Source: an uncultured delta proteobacterium
Lineage (GTDB): Bacteria > Desulfobacterota > Desulfuromonadia > Geobacterales > DSM-12255
NCBI GenBank assembly: GCA_963787125.1
Contig: CAWBBV010000012.1
Coordinates: forward strand, 224,001 to 288,000
Length of the DNA stretch: 64,000 bases
Reading direction: 5' to 3'
Below the pieces are notes generated by a model that worked only from the letters and a program-made list of their open reading frames with translations, searched no databases and had not been told where the DNA came from. The first letter of the stretch is position 1. Each line of letters begins with the position of its first letter. Positions 38,947 through 46,029 of this stretch are shown here, one piece after another. The translations under genes and the position numbers were made by a program.

Positions 38947-40692
38947 TTATCTCCAGACCGGCTCTTGCATGGACGGTAAATGCCGCCATCCTTCTTTACT
39001 CCCGGAGGCTTGCGCCTTCTCGAGCGCGAGGGCGGCGCTGTTTTTTTCGCAGAATGAACTAGGTTCATAGCTGAATCCTGCTGCCGTACGCTCTTCCTCT
39101 TTTTTCAAACACCGCAAGACATATAGACCGATAAGCGGCGCAAGGAGACGCGTACTCCAGCCAAAAGCTGCATATATATCAGCAAGAAGTTTTTCCGTAC
39201 GCTCCCTGAGCTGCTGATCATTGCGATAGTATTTCCCCATGGCCCAGACTGCCCCGGCATAGGTAGAACGGAGCGGTGCAGCTTCCCATTCAAATCGCTT
39301 CTGTATTCTCCCGGAATAGAGCTTGCGACTCTGCCAACCGTTCAGCAGAACCCGGATCAAGCGAAGGAGGCTTGGGCCGTTAACGTCAAAGTCTCTTTTA
39401 AAGGCGTTTAGCAGAAATTCACCTTCCTCCCCGTTGCCAAAATGCGGATGGCGATAATTAAAGCGATACTGTCCGTGAGCATCGGCTACCGGAAACTCGG
39501 ACTCGGACAGCAGATTACCCTCACGTTGGTGCTGTTCATGGAGCGGTGTTCCGGGAATTGGTGTATAAAGCATGAACTGGTGAAAAACCGTATCGTGACT
39601 GACAGCATAATCTATAATCGCACCAAGATTCTCGGGCCGATGATCTTCCAGTCCCAGAATTGAAGAGCCAAGCACCCGGATTCCGTTTACCTGCAGATGT
39701 GTAACTAACGCCAGGGTATCGACCCCCTTGAGTTTGTCGTAAGCGCTCTCCTCCCCTTCAAGACCCATCCAGACGAAACCGACACCAAGTCCCAGAAGCT
39801 GCTCCATGGTATATGATTTCAGTACTCTGGCCGAGCTGAATACAGACAGTGCCCAACTCTTGCCATGCAATTCCATCAGCTCAAGCAGCCGCAGCGCTCT
39901 TTTCCGATGGAGCAGGAAATTCTCGTCGAGAACAAAGAAAGAGTGAACTTTCAACTCCTTCTCAATATCGCACATGACACTGAAGAGTTCATCGCCGGTT
40001 TCATAAAAATTGACAAATTTTCCTTTGCCACCGAACTGAGCCGAGGTGGAGCAGAAATTACACCCCATGGGGCAACCTACCGAAGGAATCAGAATTGCAG
40101 CTGTCCGCATGGGATCATCGCTGATATCCACACCCATTATTCTGCTGCCGAATCCGGAAAGCACCGCTGGATGCTTTATCGGTGCCTGGTCATCCTGGCT
40201 CAAGTAACGTTGGAACCAGCGTATCCCCTCTCCGCGGACGATGAGGTCGGCATCAATCAACTGATCAAGCCGCTCCTTATTGGCGATATGTCCACCGATG
40301 ACAATCGTAGCCCGTGGCTGATACTGGCGGATCAGCTCGCACATTTTTGCGACTTTACCGACATTGACAATAATACCGCTGATGCCGATGACATCGTAAC
40401 TCTGGCAACTGATTTCTGCCTCGAAACGTTCCAGGGTCGGAAAGTCCAGAAGCGTACAAGGGACATCAAGATTGGCCTGAATCATCATCAGTCCGAAGGA
40501 GCGATGAAACATCCTCAGGGAGAACCCTCCCTGAAGGCGAGTGACCTGATTCTGGTACAGCTCCATCGGGTTGTTTTTACGGCTGCCATACTGATCGTCC
40601 TGACCGTAAGGGCCAAAGACACTTGACAACAGGACACGGGTTTTATTTGCCAGAGGATGGCGAGGATGATCGACGGGGGGGTGTTGCGGCAT
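38947..40692 (-). CDS. Cobalamin-binding radical SAM protein
   Basis: B12-binding-like region (IVIGGH...VRGEG) followed by GCPMGCNFC and DENF. Confidence 0.85.
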   Translation of the reverse strand: MPQHPPVDHPRHPLANKTRVLLSSVFGPYGQDDQYGSRKNNPMELYQNQVTRLQGGFSLRMFHRSFGLMMIQANLDVPCTLLDFPTLERFEAEISCQSYDVIGISGIIVNVGKVAKMCELIRQYQPRATIVIGGHIANKERLDQLIDADLIVRGEGIRWFQRYLSQDDQAPIKHPAVLSGFGSRIMGVDISDDPMRTAAILIPSVGCPMGCNFCSTSAQFGGKGKFVNFYETGDELFSVMCDIEKELKVHSFFVLDENFLLHRKRALRLLELMELHGKSWALSVFSSARVLKSYTMEQLLGLGVGFVWMGLEGEESAYDKLKGVDTLALVTHLQVNGIRVLGSSILGLEDHRPENLGAIIDYAVSHDTVFHQFMLYTPIPGTPLHEQHQREGNLLSESEFPVADAHGQYRFNYRHPHFGNGEEGEFLLNAFKRDFDVNGPSLLRLIRVLLNGWQSRKLYSGRIQKRFEWEAAPLRSTYAGAVWAMGKYYRNDQQLRERTEKLLADIYAAFGWSTRLLAPLIGLYVLRCLKKEEERTAAGFSYEPSSFCEKNSAALALEKAQASGSKEGWRHLPSMQEPVWR

Positions 40693-40893
40693 GACTCTCT
40701 CCTTGAAGGGTTGTGCAGCTTTGTTTCTATCATTGTATAGAAAACTGATAGAAATAGAGAGGGCTAACCACCTGTTTTACAATACTTTTACAATAGGCAA
40801 TTACAAGGAATCGGCGCGGGGAACTGCAATATAGCGGTAATGAATGGATATGAGCACTTTGAATCATCTTTGAATAATTGCTCATTCGTGAAT

Positions 40894-40922
40894 AAAAAAA
40901 GCTCCGAAGTTATCCGGAGCTT
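40894..40922 (-). terminator. Rho-independent terminator
   Basis: Minus strand reads AAGCTCCGGA-TAAC-TTCGGAGC followed by T7. Confidence 0.85.
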
Positions 40923-40930
40923 AAAAAAAT

Positions 40931-41084
40931 ACGCTGATTGACGCAACGTCGAGAATCTTTCTTCCAATCCGTCGGTGAGCTGGCTACTTAGTTTGTATGT
41001 CAGACCCTTTTTGAAGCGGTTTACATACGCCTGGCGGATGTGACTACAAGCCATCGCTCTGATCTCACGTGCGTCAATCAACGT
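40931..41084 (-). ncRNA. Unidentified ~154-nt rod-like structured RNA candidate
   Basis: Closing helix ACGTTGATTGACGCACGTGAGA / TCTCGACGTTGCGTCAATCAGCGT with nested helices GAGC..TGGCT/AGCCAGCTC and GTATGTAAACC/GGTCTGACATAC. It lies directly before the terminator. Confidence 0.5.
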
Positions 41085-41085
41085 T

Positions 41086-41261
41086 ATGCCCTGGAATTAA
41101 TTTAATTGTCGAAGTCACTACCCATTATAACAATATCCTCCGGGAATACGCTTCAGGCTTCCCACTGACAGTGCGGGCATGCACACCACGTCTATAACCC
41201 GGCAAATGCTTCTATGTTGTTGGTAGCTGACACAGCAACTATTGAGTGATTCCAAGTGCAT
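41086..41261 (-). ncRNA. 6S RNA-like ncRNA
   Basis: 176-nt rod: closing stem ATGCACTTGGAAT/ATTCCAGGGCAT, then GTCAGCTACC/GGTAGTGAC, a central bubble, CCGGG/CCCGG, and apical TGGTGTGCATGCCCGC..GTGGGAAGCCTGAA resembling the proteobacterial 6S apical arm. G-U pairs favour the minus strand. Confidence 0.65.
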
Positions 41262-41284
41262 ATTTTCAAAGATCAATTTTATAT

Positions 41285-41315
41285 ATTATATAACGCTAAT
41301 CTATCAAATTGTCAA
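41285..41315 (-). promoter_or_regulatory. Sigma70-like promoter upstream of the ncRNA pair
   Basis: TTGACA (41315-41310), 19-nt spacer, TATAAT (41290-41285). The spacer is longer than optimal. Confidence 0.55.
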
Positions 41316-41427
41316 GGGAGCGAATAAGATAATATTAATAATGTATTTGATCTGCGTTAAGCACCGACTCCTGCAGTAACAAATATAAACCGAGTAATTG
41401 AATGTCTGTTTGCAGAAAACTTTGAGC

Positions 41428-41727
41428 TTACATACGAAATCTGGGCATAAAACCGAGTTTACTGATTGTCCGTTGCATATTTTGATTCACATTCACCAAT
41501 TCTGGTTTTATGCCTCTAATCCTGGCACATTCAAAGAGCACATTTAAAAGCTGCAAGCCACTATTGTCGGTCTCTTCAACCTTTTCGCAGTCTACCTGAA
41601 GGCTCTTGCGACCTTCTGATTCAAGCCGGTCAAGAGAATCGGCAAGCGAAGACAGATTCCCCATCACACCGTTTATAGTCCAATCGCCTTCCAGATGCGC
41701 TACCCTTCCGGCCAATCTGACTGTCAT
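41428..41727 (-). CDS. STAS domain (anti-sigma antagonist/MlaB-like) protein
   Basis: Start MTVRLAGR after a GAGG RBS. HLEGDWT...VDC..V...DNSGLQLL. Confidence 0.8.
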   Translation of the reverse strand: MTVRLAGRVAHLEGDWTINGVMGNLSSLADSLDRLESEGRKSLQVDCEKVEETDNSGLQLLNVLFECARIRGIKPELVNVNQNMQRTISKLGFMPRFRM

Positions 41728-42022
41728 AAAAAACCTCGCCACTAAATAATAATTGACATTACGGGACACTTCACAGCTCGTGCCAAAACCATCACGTAAA
41801 ATTATTCAATAATATCTAACTGTTATCTCTCAGTTTTTGATCACTGACCGGAAACAAATTATATTTTCGCACCTCATTCTTTGAAGTTCTCTGGTAACTG
41901 CCCGTAACGACGATCTTTTAGCAGTGTTAACATTTTCACCCATTGCATCATTTGTTACATTACCGGAGCGTTTATATAAGCAACTGACTTGCGTATGACC
42001 TCCATTATGGTATTTTAACAAT

Positions 42023-43606
42023 ATGAAAGAGAAGATCTTCACAGCACAACTACTGGAGTTGCTGCGTAATCCGGAGATATACCCTGTTCAGACAAAAAGC
42101 GTCGAACTTGTGCAGACACATATCTCCTGGCTTTTCCTGACCGATACCCATGTTTTCAAGATCAAGAAACCGGTAAACTTTGGCTTTCTTGATTTTTCCA
42201 CTGTCGAATTGCGGCGTCATTACTGTTATGAAGAGCTGCGGCTAAACCGGCGACTCTGCCCTGATATTTATGAGCAAGTGGTAGAGCTACGTGCCACAGA
42301 GTGCGGCCCGACCTTTAGCAGAAATGGAGAGGTAATCGACTATGCGGTAATCATGAAAAGGCTCCCTGCTGACAGGATGCTCGACAGGCTGATTGACAAC
42401 GGTACCATCACAGTCGAAGAGATCCGGCTTGTTGCGTTGGAAATATGCAGATTCCACGCAAATGCCGCAATTTCACCTCATATCAACGAATTCGGGTCAC
42501 TGGAGATAATACGGCTTAACTGGCAGGAAAACTTTGACCAGACCGTTGAGTTCGACAAAACCACCCTTCCCCGCACTGTCAGAGAGACAATTCGTACTTA
42601 CACAGAGAACTTCACAGCAAAGAATCAAACAATATTTAGCGAAAGGGTTGAGAAAGGTTTTATCAGAGACTGCGACGGGGATATTCATTCAGGTAATATC
42701 TGTATTGTCGATAATAAGGCGTTTATCTTTGATTGCATCGAATTTAACGAGCGTTTTCGTTTTTCGGACACTGCTGCGGATATCGCTTTTCTTCTCATGG
42801 ATCTTGACTATCACAGCCGCCATGATCTTGCTGATGTGGCACTGGCAACATACGTCCAGGCTTCCGGCGATACGGCGCTGGAACAAGTAGTCACGTTCTA
42901 TAAAGTGTATCGGGCTTTCGTGCGCGGAAAAGTGGCAAGTCTGCAACTTCTTGATGCCGGCATTTCAGCACATGAACGTTCCTTGGCTGAAAAGCATGCA
43001 AGTCGTTACTTTCGTCTGGCGCAAGGTTACTGTCTGCAAAGCCGACTCCCCCTGACGCTGTTCATCACCTGCGGAACAATGGGCTGCGGCAAGAGTACCC
43101 TGGCAAAACAGCTCGCCTTTGAACTCGGTCTTGAATCTTTCAACTCTGATATAGTCAGAAAAAAGCTGGCAGGATTAGCGCCGACACAAAGGGTCAACGT
43201 CTTATTCGGGCTCGGTCTATATTCAAATGGAATGACCGCCAGTACCTACTCAGAGCTTGAACGATTGACAGACGCCGAGCTTGCCCTGGGACATTCAGTG
43301 ATTGTTGATGCAGGCTTTGGAACTGCCGCCTTGAGAGCCAGGTTTGGGCGGCTTGCAACTTCCCGTAAAGCAAAGTTCGTAATCCTCTTTACTACGTGTG
43401 ATCCGGATGTGCAGCAAAGAAGATTGCTCGCGCGCGCCACTGCAAATGATTCTGTTTCTGACGGCAGAATTGAGCTACTGGAAACTCAAAAAAACACCTT
43501 TGTGCCGCCGGTAGATTCTGAAGGTGCCATTATCGACTGTTCAACCAATGGCACTGTCGAATTGGCGCTAAACTCGGTTTACTCTCACCGCATGTTCAGC
43601 TCCTGA
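42023..43606 (+). CDS. Bifunctional aminoglycoside-phosphotransferase-like / P-loop kinase (AAA_33) protein
   Basis: QTHISW, KIKKPVNFGFLDFS, GDIHSGN, FDCIEFN and Walker A GTMGCGKS. Confidence 0.88.
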   Translation: MKEKIFTAQLLELLRNPEIYPVQTKSVELVQTHISWLFLTDTHVFKIKKPVNFGFLDFSTVELRRHYCYEELRLNRRLCPDIYEQVVELRATECGPTFSRNGEVIDYAVIMKRLPADRMLDRLIDNGTITVEEIRLVALEICRFHANAAISPHINEFGSLEIIRLNWQENFDQTVEFDKTTLPRTVRETIRTYTENFTAKNQTIFSERVEKGFIRDCDGDIHSGNICIVDNKAFIFDCIEFNERFRFSDTAADIAFLLMDLDYHSRHDLADVALATYVQASGDTALEQVVTFYKVYRAFVRGKVASLQLLDAGISAHERSLAEKHASRYFRLAQGYCLQSRLPLTLFITCGTMGCGKSTLAKQLAFELGLESFNSDIVRKKLAGLAPTQRVNVLFGLGLYSNGMTASTYSELERLTDAELALGHSVIVDAGFGTAALRARFGRLATSRKAKFVILFTTCDPDVQQRRLLARATANDSVSDGRIELLETQKNTFVPPVDSEGAIIDCSTNGTVELALNSVYSHRMFSS

Positions 43607-43615
43607 CCTACATGT

Positions 43616-43801
43616 TCAAGCACAAGCGCAATCATCCTGCCAGATGCACTCCTTTTCGCCACACTCAAGCGAGTAATTACAGTAGCTGCACTGTTTCCCC
43701 CCACTTGGATCCTGAGTCGCGCCCAGAGTTTCGAGCCACCTTCTGTTTTCGGCTTTAATATTTCTTTGGCTTATTATCTGGTCGATTATGCAGATATTCA
43801 T
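43616..43801 (-). CDS. Small Cys-rich protein (61 aa)
   Basis: AGGAG RBS before ATG 43801. CSYC...CGEKECIWQDDC. Confidence 0.6.
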   Translation of the reverse strand: MNICIIDQIISQRNIKAENRRWLETLGATQDPSGGKQCSYCNYSLECGEKECIWQDDCACA

Positions 43802-43811
43802 TGGTCTCTCC

Positions 43812-45203
43812 TTAGGCCGCTGCAGACCTTCTGAAACCGGCCTGACGGGATGCGCTCTGATCCGGGGCAAGATAGAGAAAAGTTTTTTCCGGCAAGATTG
43901 CAGGCATCTTCGCCACGAGCGACACTGCTTTTGAGTCCGTGGCATGCGGGACAGCATTTTTGTATTTATCTCTGCGTGGCACAACAACAATGCCCGACTG
44001 TGTCACCGTATAGCCGTTCAAACGGTCAGCATCTCTATCGTAACCGATAATTGCACCATCCGGGATCACTACACCTTTTTCTATGATCGCTTTTCTAATT
44101 TTAACGTGCCTGCCAATAGTAACTTTATCAAAGAGGATGGAATCTTCCACCAGGCTATAGCTGTTGATTTTGCATTGAGGGCCGATAATTGAACGTCTCA
44201 CTGTGCTGCCACTGGTGATACAACCGCCACAGACATATGAGTCGACATTCTCGCCGCGGCGATCTTCCTCGTCGAAGACGGTCTTGGCAGGCGGCAGATT
44301 CCCCTGATTGGTGAGAATCGGCCATTTATAGTTGTAGAGGTTCAATTGCGGTGAGACATGAATCAGATCCATATTGGCTTCATAGTAAGAATCAATCGAG
44401 CCGACATCTTTCCAGTAGCCCCGTTCTTCAGTCTTCATCCCCGGCATCATGTTGTCATTGAAGTTATAGGCAAAAACCCGGTCAGCTCTTGCCAGCATCA
44501 TCGGGATTACATGTTTGCCGAAATCCAGATCGGCATGCAGCTTCTTCCCGGCAAGCAGCACCTCTATAAGCTTTTTGGTAGAGAATATATAGTTGCCCAT
44601 CGAGGCGAAACAGCTCTCCTTCCCTGGTATTCTCTGCGGCTCATCAGGCTTTTCCGTAAAGCTGGTAACCCGATTATCATCATCAACTGAAAAAACGCCT
44701 AAACGCCGGGCCTCTTCAACCGGTACTTCCAGGGCTGAGATTGTGATGTCTGCACGGTTTTGGCGGTGATAATTGATCATCTGGGTCACATCCATTTTGT
44801 AGATATGATCGCCGCCGAAGATCGCCACATAATCGGCATTTGACGATTCAACAAAACGCAAATACTGAAGGATCGCATCGGCTGTGCCTTTAAACCACTC
44901 CTCACTTTCGCAACTGGTCTCAGGAGAAATATCAACAATAAATTCACCAAGGCCAGTCCACTTCCCCCATGATTCACGAATGTGCCGGTTGAGTGAGTAG
45001 GCACGATACTGAGTCAGGACATAAATTTTCCTGATACCGGAATTGAAAAGGTTGCTAAGAACAAAATCGATAATTTTGTATTTGCCGCCAAAAGGGACTC
45101 CAGGAGTGGCACGGCGCTCTGTCAGCGGATTTAGCCGCTCTCCTTTACCCCCGGCCAGAACCATTGCGATTGTATTTCGGGCAACATTATCGACTGAATG
45201 CAT
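43812..45203 (-). CDS. glgC: Glucose-1-phosphate adenylyltransferase
   Basis: LAGGKGERL, GTADA, GDHIYKMD, EKP, SMGNY, DFGK and YWKDVG motifs. AAGGAG RBS before ATG 45203. Confidence 0.93.
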   Translation of the reverse strand: MHSVDNVARNTIAMVLAGGKGERLNPLTERRATPGVPFGGKYKIIDFVLSNLFNSGIRKIYVLTQYRAYSLNRHIRESWGKWTGLGEFIVDISPETSCESEEWFKGTADAILQYLRFVESSNADYVAIFGGDHIYKMDVTQMINYHRQNRADITISALEVPVEEARRLGVFSVDDDNRVTSFTEKPDEPQRIPGKESCFASMGNYIFSTKKLIEVLLAGKKLHADLDFGKHVIPMMLARADRVFAYNFNDNMMPGMKTEERGYWKDVGSIDSYYEANMDLIHVSPQLNLYNYKWPILTNQGNLPPAKTVFDEEDRRGENVDSYVCGGCITSGSTVRRSIIGPQCKINSYSLVEDSILFDKVTIGRHVKIRKAIIEKGVVIPDGAIIGYDRDADRLNGYTVTQSGIVVVPRRDKYKNAVPHATDSKAVSLVAKMPAILPEKTFLYLAPDQSASRQAGFRRSAAA

Positions 45204-45245
45204 TGGGTGCTTCTCCTTTATGAATATATATCTATACAACGTTGA

Positions 45246-45425
45246 TCAGACGCAATCTTCCCGCCAGAGACAGCTTTTCAGGTTGCACACTTTTACCCTG
45301 TCAGTGCCAAAACAGATCTGGTTACGCTCTGCTTGCTGAATAGCCCGTATAATTTCAGTTTTCCTGCTTCTGTCAGGGTTGATATATTGCTGTCCGTTCA
45401 TTTCTTTGTTCGCTTCAACTTTCAT
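45246..45425 (-). CDS. Small SAP/Rho-N-like Cys-rich protein
   Basis: AGGAGG RBS. KTEIIRAIQQAE.N.ICFGT...C....CLWREDC. Confidence 0.75.
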   Translation of the reverse strand: MKVEANKEMNGQQYINPDRSRKTEIIRAIQQAERNQICFGTDRVKVCNLKSCLWREDCV

Positions 45426-45451
45426 CAACGCCACCTCCTGTCTGTCTGTTG

Positions 45452-45778
45452 CTAACAAACCATATGAGTATTCAAAAATTCATCATTCAGGCAGTATCTG
45501 AAATTGAGTTCCAGCATAATTTTTTGCAATCGTTCGCTTATATTGACCAGAACAGGCTTCACACCCCGGATCCTCGCGCACTCAAGCCAGAGCAGTAGCA
45601 GTTCCAGGCCGGTTACATCAGCGTCATAAACTTTGGCGCAATCAACGCGCAGGTTTTCTACCCTGGCGAATTCAAGTTGCTGAAGGGAGTCTGCCAAAAC
45701 ATCAATTTTCTGACCGACACCGTTACATGTCCAATCACCTTCAAGATGCACTTCCGGACCGGCCATACGGATCTTCAT
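45452..45778 (-). CDS. STAS domain protein (paralog of 41428-41727)
   Basis: Start MKIRMAG after AGGAGG. HLEGDWT...LADSL...ECARIRGVKPVLVN. Confidence 0.8.
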   Translation of the reverse strand: MKIRMAGPEVHLEGDWTCNGVGQKIDVLADSLQQLEFARVENLRVDCAKVYDADVTGLELLLLWLECARIRGVKPVLVNISERLQKIMLELNFRYCLNDEFLNTHMVC

Positions 45779-46029
45779 GCAAACCTCCTTTTGTAAAGCG
45801 TTATCGTGCGTCTGCTGGTGAAGATCAAGTAATGCATGCATGCTGTGCGTTACATAAGACATGCCAAAATTACTTTCATAATTTAGACCATAACTTCAGT
45901 TAGTTGACTGATACGGGATCAATACCGGCAGGGAGAAAATTATAAACAGAAGTGTAGTTTTACGGTTAGAAGGGTTAAAAGCGTTTACTGGCTGGAGCTT
46001 ACAGGCATGTTACATTTATTTACAACGGC

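Noticed and set aside
40970..41010. GEMM-I cyclic-dinucleotide riboswitch (GGGTCT...TAGCCAGCTCACCG on the minus strand)
   Set aside because: The upstream AAAC / GNRA-capped P2 / GACG-AAAG elements are absent.
40788..41081. 97-aa ORF
   Set aside because: Non-ATG start, no RBS or recognisable motif, and it runs through an intrinsic terminator.
41150..41185. Cobalamin riboswitch (CCCGCACTGT...GGGAAG upstream of a B12 radical SAM gene)
   Set aside because: The GGGAA / GGTG-AA-TCC core is missing, and the 6S-like rod explains the sequence better.
40931..41261. Retron msr/msd or other RT-associated RNA
   Set aside because: There is no reverse transcriptase in the window.
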